A stretch of 64,000 nucleotides of DNA from Ophelia neglecta (taxonomy: Eukaryota), in contig OZ260662.1 of the NCBI GenBank assembly GCA_965285935.1, positions 50,654,001-50,718,000 on the forward strand. The letters run 5' to 3'. Within the stretch, counting starts at the first letter, position 1. The number at the start of each line of letters is the position of its first letter. The notes under the pieces are model-generated. The model did no database searches. It was not told the DNA's origin and saw only the letters and a program-made list of their open reading frames with translations. The position numbers and the translations under genes are program-made. Shown one piece after another: positions 37,746 through 51,600 of this stretch.

Positions 37746-38629
37746 ATCGTTTTTATTGTTTGTTCTTGTTTATTGGTTACAAATTACCACACCGTTTTAG
37801 AAGCGCCATGTGTAATCTTAACTGTGTATCACTGCCAAAAAAGTAGGCCCTAGTTTTTAGTTTACTACTCTCCCTTAGGTAATAAACCCCCGCCGTGGGA
37901 ATATAGGGCATTCTAATTGTGTCCTGAAGTTTTAATCATTACACCTATTTCTAAGTCAATAGGATTGCCTATTCAAAGTTTTGGATGCATGCTACCTGTA
38001 GTAAATTAAAGTTTTATTTCGCCTATAAATGCAATATAACTCGTTTAAACGCACTCAACTTTTATTAAGCACTTAATATATAATAGGTCTGTTCTACACC
38101 TTCATCGTAATCAAAGAACGCACAAGAGCGAAAAACATTTACGGTGTTTCATGGCATCGGTGACTGGCATTTGTCTCAATATTATTATTCGTTACGTTAA
38201 CAGCATATACTTAAAGTGCTTAGTGGTCAGTCGTGGAAGAATATAACTATTACTTGTTTGACATATATTTATAATACCAGCTATAGTAGCAAATGGAGCA
38301 AGCCAATGCATCTTGTTCTATGTTTTCGTTCAGAAAGAACTGGACAATTGGTCTCGTTTTCCTTATTTTCATTCCTAGGCTTTCAAGTTATCCTTGACTG
38401 TACGTACGTATAAGTTACCGATATATTTATATATATTTATATATATATACCTGCCGGACACTCGAGTAAGAGCATACGAAATATATATGTTAAAGTTTCG
38501 TTCCAAAGAAATCGACGTATTCAGGTAGTTAGGATGACTGTTCATAAGTTTGCTACACTAGATTAAGGTCCTAAGAGCAATCTTGTATATTGTGTAAATT
38601 ATTTATGTACATATTGGAAAATTAGTATA

Positions 38630-38635
38630 AATAAA
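38630..38635 (+). terminator. Candidate BCOR polyadenylation signal
   Basis: AATAAA after an AU-rich 3'UTR containing TGTA motifs. A more proximal AATAAA lies at 37881. Confidence 0.4.
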
Positions 38636-41600
38636 CACCCGTTGATCTGAGCATGCACAAATCGCTTCACATTTTCATTTTTTGAAAATAGGGTGTTTGG
38701 TCTTACCATGACTATCACAGTTTCAAACGATTTTAAGTAGGCCTATTAATGGATCGATTTAGGATCAAAGAACAATGCTTATCTGATCTGTTTGGTACAC
38801 CGGCCAGGCGTTTGTAGTCGTCTGCTCGTGTAAACGTGTGTATAATACGTGTAAACTCGAGGCAAACGACCTTTGTATGATAATTAACAGATTAACGAAA
38901 CTAAAAACATGCACTAACGTATGTGTAGACATTTCAAGTGCGCAAAGGTATTGTCCTCTATTTATCTGCAGGCTAATCACATGTTTACCTAATTAATCTG
39001 TATTAAAGACAATGTTCAGTACATTTTATTTGGATACAACTATAAATCCTAAATAATATGGGAATTCCAAGGTGCAGATAGAACAGTATTCTTTGGTTTA
39101 TCTCTTTGGTCTGTCTCTTTTTGGTAGAAATAAGGATAGTCCTCAAATTTAATACAATATTAATCCGGAATTATTAATGCTTGCCAACACTCGCCTCTAA
39201 CGACTATAAAGAGCTTCATAATTAAGTTTCTGCAGTCCTATTAATAAAGGGGATTATATTTAAGTTAGTAGTTTGAGTGTCGCCAACCTTGTGCTGGTCA
39301 CTTCTCAAGCCACCCTGAGTGTTTTTATACCGCCTGATTCAGTATATTTTATAGGGGTTCCCCCTCACTGGATGGCCACTAGTGGTTAATAAGCTTGTTA
39401 CCCAGATAAAAACATGGCCCAGTCTCTACCGTGTCTCGTGGAATGCGCCATTTAATAACTTGTGTCATACAGTGCAGTAACATTACACAGTCATTCTTAG
39501 TAACAAGCTTGTTACCGAATACTGCCCCACCAATGCCCCTAAAAGACCCACAGCTCCAGGGTCAAAATAACCGTATGATAAATTTCATAACACAAATTGC
39601 ATTTTTAATTAAATCACGGAAAATAACATCTCCGAATTCGCAGGGGAAAGCAATGAATTGATATGAATATGAATTAATATAATATGAATAAGTTCTTTGA
39701 GATATTTAAGTTTAAAGTTGATTTCTATGAAGAATCATTTCTGATTCATATATGCAGTTGATAAAATAGTTACATAAATACACCACAATAATATTGCATG
39801 AAGTATATATAAATAGGTAACACAAGCTAGCAATGCGACAAAAAACATTTACGTCAGTGTCTCTATATCTTTCCCCTGCGTGGGCTCACACAAGAAAAAG
39901 AAAAGCGAATAGGTCGCAGAACGACCAGAGAGCACAACTACTGTTAGCTTATAAATAATGTATCTTTTTCAATGTGACTACAGGTCAAGTCTGAGATTAA
40001 GAAACAGCTTTATTAATCCCAGGTCAAAAAGATTGTAAGGACATACCTTCAAGCAATCCACTCTCTGAACAAATAAATCATTAAACATGGCTTCCAGCCA
40101 TTTAAATATTTTCGGGTCTTGTGATTGCATTAAATAAATAAAATAGAGTTCCTATACTAACAAGACTAAAGCCAGGCCAGCAATTAGATAATTTATTAAT
40201 ACCATATTGGCAGGTATTGGCTTAGTTATAAGTGAATTCATCCCCAATACCAGAGTCACACATAGTACACATGCGATTATCTGTAGGGATAGTCAAGAGT
40301 TTTCCCTGCCAATTTCAGTCCCGAGACGATGTGAGCTAAACATTTCGATATTTAAAGTCAAGCAGTTCGAGATAACTAGGTGCTCCAAAATAATTTTTAA
40401 GTTTGCAGTAAGTACAAAGAATTGGGGCCTTTGTCATAGATTGTTTCCAATAGGCCACATTCAAGTTTGGCCTTTAACTAAAAATAATTGACAAATGTAA
40501 ACACATCGCCCGATCACAGTGGACAAGTCGAGTACATACAACCGAACTGGCTTGAATTAACAACATTCATTGCCTTGTTTATCCATGTTTTGACACCTAA
40601 TTGCTCAAGTTATTTTGATAAAATTAACAACAGTTTCAGTAGACAGTGTCACGACGAAGGAGGTACCTAAATATTTGTGTATGAAAATGTATATCATTGT
40701 AGTATTTACCACATTCACCATATACCAGTATAGCCAGTGTACAGGTAGATCATTTGAAACCAAGTTTACGTTTGAGATACTGCAGATGCACTCTTTCCAC
40801 AAGAGAGACACCACTATTCGACACCCCCCCCCCCCCCATAATTCATAGCTAAGCAAAAGTAGTGGGCACACGTAAGTAGTGACGTCGCTATTTTTAATGG
40901 ATGCTTGCCCAGGTCCCTGCATGGTGTATCCCTGATATCAAATACATTATAGGCCTAGATTTAAATGCCCGGTCTCTAATATATTGTTAATTGTCTTGAA
41001 ACATGTCGCGAGAGAACATCTTTATGTCATTAAAAAAGGTGCATAGATATTATTATTTTCTAACGCGCTCGATAGGACTTGCACATAAAAAGGAATGTTT
41101 AGTTTTATGATACAAATCATTCAATGAATCCATTATTTTGTCATGAAGACCCAAGTTAATCAAATTATGGGAGAGAATGTGCGGTCTGTGATGTCAAATG
41201 CCTTAGAGATGTCTACGAAGCATGAATATATGTTTTGCCTAGGGCCAGTTGTCTATAGATTATATTTAGACTTAAATATATTAACAGAAGTACTGTATGT
41301 TAGTTTTGAAGGAAGCCAACATTAAATTTGACGATTCTTCCCAGTGTTTCGATGACAAATTTGACCCTCCTGTGATCAATTACTTCAACAATTTCCCCCC
41401 TACTGGAAAATGGTTATTGACCTGTAATTCTTTTACATCTGAAACTATTGCTGGATTTGGGCAATGAAAAATTCCCCTGACACATTCATGAAGTCTCTTC
41501 CGGGTTCCTTCTTAACAGACCAGTTGTTTTCGCGAACGCTCGCCCATGCATAACATTAGCATCACTTCAAAACATATTAAAATGCCATAATTGTAGTAAT

Positions 41601-42038
41601 GGCAAGCCAACTCCAGTTTTTCCTGCTTCACCTGTCTTCCTTGTCACGCCTCTCTGTTTATAGACTTCTACAAATAGCTCGATGTATTTTTATGCAATGT
41701 CTGGCTAAACAGCGTAGATAACATAACTATGGCGGTATGCTGTCTAACTTCCGTATCGGAGAAGATCATGCCTTAATATAAATAGATCTTATTTAGAGAA
41801 TTGATGCTTGCCTTGATTGTAAATGGACATAATTATGGACATATCTACCCAAAAATAAGGAATATATGAATTATATGAATTCGAGAGAATGCAATTGGGA
41901 TTATTTTTGATTATCAACTTGACGTGTATTTTCATAGTTAAATTGCAGCGGCAATATTCTCTAGATTCCTTGAGTGAGAGTTTAGAAGTGCATTGTGGGT
42001 ACCGATTGGCCCACAGGCACTCCTTACCAAGTTCGTTG

Positions 42039-42118
42039 GTGGTGGAGTGGGGGGTGGGGTGGGGTGGAGGGGGATGGGTTGGGGTGGAGTGGGGGTGGGG
42101 AGGGGGTGGGGTGGAGGT
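42039..42118 (+). repeat. G-rich (GGGGT)n-like tract with G-quadruplex potential
   Basis: About nine runs of 3-5 G within 80 bp. Confidence 0.8.
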
Positions 42119-44344
42119 CTTGTAGCTGTCAGGCTAGCTACGTATGTCGTAGCTCCAGGGACTCAGTAACGAGCACCAGGCCCAAATATCGTCTCAAAAT
42201 GTTACCATCCGATTTTAAAGCAAAACGTCTTTGCGATCAAACGTTCGATGACATTGTTATTCACATGGTATATTTTTTTGTGAAGCCTTTTCGGCCGAAC
42301 GTGATGTGTGTTGGTCGGTTGGACTGAGCGCACTTCCTGCTATCATTGAAGTGTATTTGTGTAATTTGAGTGAGGACGACCTCGTAGAACACCTTCTCGG
42401 ACACATACCTGATGTTTCACCCTTCGCACCCGACGAACAAGATATATTTATGGATTGGTCCGTCAAAGTATGGCGAACAATACCAAAAAACACTTGGAAC
42501 TGCGACGAATGTAAAAAGCTGTGCTTTTGTAGATAAGTAAAAAAAACGACGCTAATAACAGCTTCAATATAGGCCTACCGCATATCACATGGACATAATT
42601 ACGTAATATATTTTATCATAGACCCGAGCACGGACTTATAATACTATAGAAATGCCATGCGGTATATGAACTTTAAGGTAAATAATATAATGTTAACACG
42701 CATTGGCTAAAAATTCCAGACTTCTCTCGTGAAAAAGTGCTACTGTTAAATATACCTGAACATATTTCTTTATATATTGTTAACATATTGTCTAATTCAT
42801 TGCATATTTCGTTCCTGTACTTGGTACTCTTCATATGGAGGTAATAAGTTAATATATATATATATCATAGATTTCAACAGATGTCAACCCATGAGAAAGA
42901 ATTTTTATACTTCCCATGAGTCACATTAACTGCGAATTACAATATTTGTGTCATGCGTCACCCGTGGCTCATGACCACATTTTTCCAGGAATATATATAT
43001 TAAGGGCCTTCCATGCGTCATATTTCAATTTACTACTTCGCATGAGGTATAGAAGCAGATATACATTAGAAACACAAAAACAGGTGAATCTGCTGCATTT
43101 GTGTATTACTTTAAATTAGCTTTGCTCTGTTCAGCAGAACCACGGATGTCGTTAGCAGAATGACCATTATGCAGGCACCTAAACGGGTTTATCATAATAG
43201 ATACATGTTTATCTGTGGGCCTTCCTCTTTATGACATTGTTGCGTGTTGTTGTGTGTATGTTTTTTATGCTGACAGCGTACACCAATACGTATAAAAAAG
43301 GTGAATACGCGGCCAAAATACAAATCTCTCTGCAAATTACCGTGATGGTGTGGTGTACTATCTTCAAACTACTACAAGAAGGGTATTTTTTGGTCATATG
43401 GGATATGCAGAACATGAAAAAGATGTTAACAATAAAAAAAAGGTTGGACTTGGCCTCTTGGCTTTAATAATATACAAATGTGCCACCACGTTCCGCTGTG
43501 GAAATCTCAATGAATCATCTATGAATCATGGCAAGTTTACCGATACAATACACTTATGGTTTATAAATCCATGGCTATTTAATACAATGAATACATCCCT
43601 CAGACGACCCCTTGGTCCATCGCAAGAAACCAAATGAAATATCACAGGATCAAATTAGCTCTTCCTTTTATCATTAAGATACAATTTCGATCCTATTTGC
43701 TGAACCTGATTATTAAAGAGCTGATCCTTGGTGTCGGTTTGAGTCTTTATATCCAAGCATCTAGCCGTACTTTTCGCTTATTTATACTATATTACTATAT
43801 TTACCATCCTGAAGTACGACCGATATTTTTAGTCCGTGCGTCTAAAACATGTTTCTTGTCATATTTCAGCTACTAAATAAGATATCTAGGCAATATTAAA
43901 AGTTTAATATGCGTTTCAGGCAAGAGGCAGCACATTCAAGGTGTCTCTTGATCATTGGGTGAAATATTTACAAAAATTAAATATGGCCGCCATTTCATGA
44001 ATCGGATGATTTTCTATTTTCACCTTCAATCAATTTATCCTTTATGTCACCGATAAGCTTTAAATTTGATGCAATTTTTAACCTGATTATTAAAGAACAG
44101 TGTATTGTGATCGATTTGACAATTTATCCACGCCTATAGGTCTCATTATGGTGGATATCTTAACAGTTCTAATGCTTTAACATGGTTTTCGGCCTCGGGA
44201 AATCTGATAAAATGTTGTCTTCTTGTCCGCGAAAGAAGCCAGTGTTTGAATTTGGTATGTTAAAAATAGATTTAAAAATAGATATATACAGGACCACACA
44301 TTATTGTAAAGATTGATTTTAGTAATTGCTCATTTGCTTTTACT

Positions 44345-44420
44345 CTATATAGCGCCTTAGAACACGAAAATGGATTTGGCGCTTTATCAATTCTCAAAAA
44401 AAAAATAAAAAAAATAATCA
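44345..44420 (+). mobile_element. L2-type LINE/SINE 3' terminus
   Basis: Stem AGCGCC (44351-44356) ... GGCGCT (44378-44383) followed by an A/AAT-rich tail, the typical L2 3' end. Confidence 0.5.
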
Positions 44421-47029
44421 TATTCGAAACAGTGACCTAAAAGATAGAGCGGTAGAACCGACACTCCTCTCGAACAATCTTTATGAAGCAGTAGTAAGAG
44501 TAGTTTTATTGGGAGTAGCGCGCGTTTGTTCTTCGCCAATACACAACCATGCAAACACCAGGGCCGGGTTGTAGTTGTCAGTTCGTTTCAAAATATTTGG
44601 TCAGATAACAGTGTGTAAAGTGCAACATAAAATGGAAAACTTTGTTTTATGCTACAGAGGAGAAAATGATCATACCAAATTCAGAAACATATTAACTTCT
44701 TTAATTATATACATGATATTTGTGAACTGGTCAAAAATAATGACAACATTGAACGTTTGAAAACCAATAATTGTTAACAAAATTAAAAGCAGACTAGCAG
44801 TTTGCAAATCAGTTAAAACACAAATGGTTTGCTTTAAAGACATAACACCAGTATGGAATAAGTATTAAAGATAGTAGTTATGCCATCAATATGTACTTGT
44901 ATGCTAATTTGTCCTTTTGTAGACTTTTGTTGTTGTTGTCTATGCACATCATGTATCATGTGTTCTATTAAACAAATGAAATTAAAAAAAATCCGTTTCA
45001 ATACCTTCCAAATATTTTCAGATTTATTCCAAAGTGGACCAGGCAATATCCAGACAAAGCCGCTTAATCCATGATAATTGATGCGTCGTTTTGCTGAAAC
45101 GCGTTACAGTGGGCGGTGAAAAACATTTCGTATTGTTCGTGTTAGTAGTAATGGTAAGGACGTGAAAGATATTTCCAAAATTCCCCACTCCCAAACGCAC
45201 CAATAACAGCCAAATTGTTCCTGTGTACATCAAGGAGAAAAACAACAGCCAACACAACTCCTTCTGGCGCCGGTGGCGGCGCTGCGGCGGCTACTGGATA
45301 ACCTCGAGGTCCCGTTTTGTTTTCAAAAAAGTTGGGGGCCATAAATGTTTGTTAATTGAAGCAACTTGTAGGTCTAAAATAAAGTTTCAGTTTTTGCTAC
45401 TTTTAGCTAAACCTATCTTAGATACAACAACATCATTTAGGCAGATGCTGGCATAAGTTACTTTTCCCTTTCACCCTCAAGATTCAGAACAAGATATGGA
45501 TATTTATATTAAACTTCCTCCTCTTCCTGCTCTTCCCTACCACCGATTAAAAAGCTAAACAAAATGACTCTAACCAGCTGCCTGTATTACAGCTTTTTAA
45601 CAATATCATTCAAGTTAAAACGTTTCAATAAATGCTTAATATATATAAAACTAAAGCAAACCCATGCAACTAGACAGACGGTCTGAGCACATAATTGACC
45701 CCAAACTAAGGAATTCGATTGGAATTAATAACAGTATAAGGCCCCTCTAGTTTGGAAGTCCACTCCATCTTTCCGTAAGCAATGTTTTGTACTGCATACG
45801 TTAAAACATGTATAAAGCAATTTATCTTCACAACTATAATAAAAACGTAGTAATAATACAACTCTAACTTAGTCAATTGACTTTTTTGTGGTGTCTTTTC
45901 TTATCATCATCACTGTTTAGCTCCTTTACAATGATTCCTTTAAATTGGCGTTTTTATTTGTCATTTTGGTGTGTCAACAAATAGTCTTTAATTCCTGCTT
46001 GTTACTTTTATTAATTTAATCATTGTCTCCAGATTGTCTGCAAGTTTTATTTATTTTATTATGATGTCTGTTTGGTTGTGTCTTTTTTTCTATGTGTATG
46101 TTTTCATCGTGTTTTCATGATTTTTTTCTGTGATCGGCATAGTTAATCTTAAATTTATTATATATGTTCTTTGTTATTATTTAACATTTCCTTTTTTGTT
46201 TCATAAAAGTATCTTTTTCCTTTATTTTTTTAAATATGTTTCCTAACTTATAACAAATAACATACATTTAACGCAGACTTTTGGCCAGTTGTATATGATA
46301 TATTGATATCTTCTAATGGGGGCCTAGGTACAAAGAAAATATGTTTCATCGGGATCCTTCACTCGATATTCTTTGAACGATTCGAACCACACATTGTAAT
46401 AAAATTGCAAACAGTTTATATCCATTTGATATGCATTGAATATAAGTCATATTTTCTTATTCATTAACCATGAATTTAAATTTAACTGTCAAAATAAATG
46501 CATCACAATTTAATTCAATAATACTTATTAAGATTTAACCATAAATCCATTTTATTAAAACGAAACTTTGAAATAAGATATTCGGATTTCTTTCATAAAA
46601 AGGTTAGGGTTCGGAGATGACCGGCTGAAGTATGTTTCATTCCCAGTCAGATCTAATCATAAATCTCCTTAAATTGCTAAAATAAGGATGACATGTTTAA
46701 GTTGCTGTGTCTAACTTCATAAACATTTCTCTCTGTTGGCCTTATTGTCTCTGCGAGAACGTCATGAATTCAGAAAATCCGATAAGATGCAAATATGTGT
46801 GGTATCTTATAGCTATGTTTCCTAATAGCTCCCAATACATGTTTAAGGCCTGACTGCTCAGATTAAGAAGTTAAATATAGAAGTTATCAAGAAGAATAGC
46901 TATTTCGTTTGGCAATGCTATGGTAACTAAATATATTCTGATTTGCACCAATAGTTAATATAAGTTGCAGCCCTGTCACTATCAACTTTGCTACGTTTGA
47001 TTCGTTTTATAACTGAAGTAGTATAGGTA

Positions 47030-47215
47030 GTAGTGTCCCGAGTACGACTTGAAAAAAACCTGGCCTAAACACCCCCATGCGTGCAATATAAAGTCTGAGG
47101 CTCGAAGGATTTGAAAGTTATAGCCATTTGAAAAAGCGGGGGCGGCGACGACAGTGGCTGCAGCAGTGGCAGCGGAGGACATATATATCCCCCGAGAAAA
47201 TGTTGGGGGGGGGTA
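47030..47215 (-). mobile_element. Partial Helentron-type element end
   Basis: ATAGCCATTTGAAA as in the 60-61 kb repeats, then a decayed (GCG) microsatellite and a terminal CCCCC...GGGGG hairpin. A similar layout occurs at ~45200-45345. Confidence 0.4.
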
Positions 47216-48382
47216 AGGCGGGGGGGGGGGGGTAATTACGCCATTTTAGTCAAGAACTTTATGAATTACTGGTTAATAAGAAAGGGAATAATGCTGTACA
47301 TTCTCAAAGTAGTAAGGCAAAGTGGATCACTTAAATGGCTTCTCAGTCTAGTGGCTACTTATTTAGTTCATAGTCCATTCGCTAGGTATCAACATATTGA
47401 CTAGGCTAGCCTTGTCTATACCATGGCGCCCCCTGTTAACCGAAAATTTATTCATAGAAGTAAATCATGAGTCTGATTTCAAATATTTATTTCTTTACAA
47501 ATTTACAATATATAGGCCGAGGCCGACAAAACAGACGCATTGCAAACAACTATTTACCGATCAGTTTGTCACATTGGAATATTGTAAATTGTCATTTGGG
47601 TATGACTACACCATTTCATTTTACACAATTATATACAAAACCAAATAACTAATTTGTTCGAACAATATTCAGACAAGCTATCCATATTGATATTGGAAAT
47701 AGAGTACTCGACATCCTCAATCATTATACCAATACTCACACTTCATCAACATGGTGATTTTTATGCTGGATACAACACGTGCATTGGAAAAATAGGACCT
47801 AAATAACATTCAGTAAAATGAACCCATTATGTCTTGGGCCCATTGAATACTGATATTTAATTGATTATCAGGTACAAATCATTCAAAAAAAAAACTCAAT
47901 GTCAGCAAATGAAAGCACGCACAACTTTCATTCTTTTAAAGGAATATTCCTCGAACCGTCTGAATATTTCTAAGTATCTGCTGCGTCAGTCAGGATCATG
48001 CAGACAACGAGGAGTTATCTATAAATGTAGTGTTTTGGGCCTTGCTTTTCCAAAAAGCAGGCCTACAAGTCTCGCAGAAGCCCCTGCCATGCAAATTCTA
48101 TAAACCTATGTCCTCCTTGATATATTTCCACCACGTGCTTGCCAACAAGAAATTGACTTGAACATTATCTATTTATTTTAATACGGCAGCCGTCTGCTCC
48201 TTATAGAAGTTTCTGGATTTTCTTGTTGGGTCAAGTTGGAATGTAGAGCAATTTCCAAATGCGAGGTATGCGCCCATGAAAGTCTTGAAGAGTGAAGAAG
48301 GGCCATCCGACACACTCCCTGCGCAAGGATATACAATACGAAGAATAGTCGGCTAAGATGAAGGAAAGGAAAGGCGGACAAC

Positions 48383-48696
48383 TCATAACCCAAGCGCGGC
48401 CGCGTGTTTCTTGGCTTTCATCCGCAAGTCTGCAATACTGGAGTTTTTGCTCACAGCCAGACTGCTTTGAGCTAGCGCCAGATTCATGGCAGCGTAGTGA
48501 GGGGTAGGGTAGAACAGCATGCTGGGAATGGATACCGCCGGATGTGGTGGAGCAACGGCTGCCAATGCGGCTGCGTGCTCGAAGGGCCCTAGGTGCTGCA
48601 TGTGAAGACGATCGAACGCCATACGCATCGAGGGCATATTGACGTAGGGCGCCACCCTACAGCCTTCCATGGTACCATTCGAATTCATCAGCAGAC
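48383..48696 (-). CDS. SHOX: Shox/Shox2 last coding exon with OAR domain
   Basis: GLLMNSNGTMEGCRVAPYVNM (Shox-specific CRVAPYVN) and the OAR KNSSIADLRMKAKKHAAALGL*. The TTGCAG acceptor is phase 1, matching the upstream exon. Confidence 0.96.
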
Positions 48697-51600
48697 CTGC
48701 AATAGAAAGACAAAATAGAAATGATTACTTTTCATTTCCAAAAAAACAATAATAAGCTATATATTGATGTATTTCGGAACCCAGGCGTTTGCTATTACCA
48801 ACCGGAATAAAATCACATAATTAGTAATAATATTATATTTGTCAATTTTATACTATTACCCAATCATTCATGCTACCTGGGTAGGCTTTGTCAACTTCCG
48901 GCCAAGCTTTTTTATCATGTTCCAATTAAACGTTTGTGTAAGGGGAATATAAGAAGCAGCTTTTCATAAATTATTCTGCTCTTGCATGCACTGTACTTAT
49001 AATAAAATGTGTTAGCGGAGTCCTCAAAAAAGTACAAACTACTAAATGTTATAATTATGCGGCTGGCGTCATCCTTTGGAAGGGTGTCACGCGCTTTGAA
49101 ATTCCAAATTATTGCAGTGAAACCGGGTGAACAATACATTATAAATATTATTGGCAGGCACACAATGCTTATTAGCAAGAAATGAATCAAGCACCTGCCT
49201 GGCATTGTCAGTAATGCAAGCCATACTGTTTTATAACTCAGCTATAGCTACTCTATGTTCTGCTGAATTTTGCAGTCTTGTCTGAATTCGAAGGACAATT
49301 AATGGAAACTATGGCAACCCAGCTGTTGATTGGCAAAAAACGTGGAATCCACATGCAGACACCACTCCGACACAAGCGTAGAAATGGTAACAACTATTTA
49401 GCGTCTGTGGCTACAATAGAAACATCAAAATGCACTAATTAATTTTATTTGTTCAACGGTGCTTCCTCCTGCAGCATGTTTTTTCAGCCATATCTATATA
49501 CACGTATATGAACCTCTTGAAAGGCCACCTCTGTTATAAGACCACGTATCTGTTGGTCTCTCGTGATGGGCTTCACTTTGCACGGCACTTGACATGGCTA
49601 GGCCTAAATTGTGGAATATATTAAAGTACGTTCTTGGCAAAAAAGTTGCTGACGCCTCTTTTCTACTCGGCACATATATAACGGGGCAGGGGATCAATGT
49701 ATTGATAATGGCACTTATATATCAGCAGAAAGCGTCGTTGAATTTTAAGTCACGATTCGAATGAAGGTATGCTAGTCTACAGAACTATAAAGACGCTATA
49801 GACTTTTATACAATTATAATGTAGAATCAAACAAATACAACAACTTGTTTTTATAAATGCTCGGATTTTCTTGTTTCTTGCATTCTGCACTATCACAGCA
49901 ATTGAGGCAAAAAAACCTAACTCTTAATTAAAATGTTTACTGATACACTAATTTGTACTTTTGTTATCAGTAAATAAAACTTCAAAGGACTAGATGCCTC
50001 ATTTGTGAAATTGTAGCGCAATGGCCGGTAATTTGACAAGGTACGGGCATGCTCCGTCGCGTCGCCCGTCCGTTGTGTGACTGTCACTGAAAGCTCAACG
50101 TATATTTTTCTGGATTCAAACCGACACGGCGAAAGTTGAAAGATTCAATTAAACCTGTTGAACGCTACAGAACACTGCCAAATTGCTTGACATTGTAACC
50201 TCGCGTCGCCCTTATCGACCTCCGCCTTTCAGAAGACGGCATTTCCTTTGTGAAACTATTGTCGTTTTTATAAACTAGTTTGTTCCTTTTAATATTTTAA
50301 CCACCGTGTACTTATGCCAGGTGATTAAAGTCATTTGAAATGTTTTGTATTTATTTGTGAAAACGGGCCTGTTGATTTACAATGAACGAATGACGTCAGG
50401 GAGGGCTGTAGTTACACTGGGGATGTCTGCCCCCCCCCCCCCCCTTCTCAATGTGTTATCACAGACAGATTTACAGGAGAATGGGGGGGGGGGACAATGG
50501 AGCTACTGCTGTGATGGCTGCTTCGTCACCAAGGCGGGATCGGGGAGGGGGTGGGGTGGTGGAGTGGGTGGGTGGGGGGGGGGGTAGGCCACACCAAACC
50601 ACCCTCCACCCAAACTAGTGCCACCCACTCAACATGTCAACAGACCCCCTCTCTTTGTACAACTCGTACAAGTCCTTAAGCCGTCAGGTCATCAAAATTA
50701 TATATATATTCGCTACCACCTAGGCCTATAGCTTTTTATTATAATGTTAAAATTTAGAAAATATGTATAACTTTTTTCGAGGCTGCATGGTCTCATTTGA
50801 AGGCATGTAATCATTTGAACACTGTTACCTAAAGAAGTGTCAGCTAGTGCCAGTGGAGAGTAGGGTTTCGTCGAGATGAACTCGAGGTGTGCGATGACTG
50901 ATCGCCAGGTCAATGTAAACGACGACATGTCACTGAAATGCGGCGACCTGCTAATTTGTGCTTGATGACCAAGATGTCCCTCATTGACTGGGGAATTGTG
51001 GTCAATTGTTTCATTAGAGTCCTGTCAATGCCTTATACACACAACGCGCTGCTTGATAGGTCACAGGTCAGTCTAAATAGTCAATAATAACCCAATATAT
51101 TTGGCGCCCGACATGACGGGTGATCGTTTGGCGAATAATGGCCGCCCTCAGTCGAGATACAATTACATGTAAATGTGATAATCTATCAAGCCGTCGACAT
51201 CTCCCTGTGGTTGTGAAACATGAAAATAACACACTACAGCGGTCTCAAATTAGGGGAGAATGGACCTAAATTGCTTTTGATAAGACGAACGGGGAAAATC
51301 ATGGCAAACATGGCCAAGTATGCCATCATTATCGCCTGAAGCCAAATTGTAACTACTCATTGCGACATGTGCCGTCAAAAGTCATAATTAGAAAATTCAA
51401 AGACACTTAACAATAGCCTGCCCTAAAATCAGGGATACATTCTACTCGCGGAATGTATTCGTGATAGGATGGGACGTGTTCGGCACCCCTTTGAAGTCGG
51501 ACACTGAAGTCTAATTTCGAAAGTTTAGATGGTGCGGTAGATAAGAGTGTTACCTTGGCACTGTTTGTTCTCACTTTACCCCGCCGGAGAGGGATTCCTT

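Noticed and set aside
43231-43876. Chain of short + strand ORFs
   Set aside because: AT-rich, repeat-like sequence with an internal duplication (AACCTGATTATTAAAGA at ~43703 and ~44080) and no protein motif.
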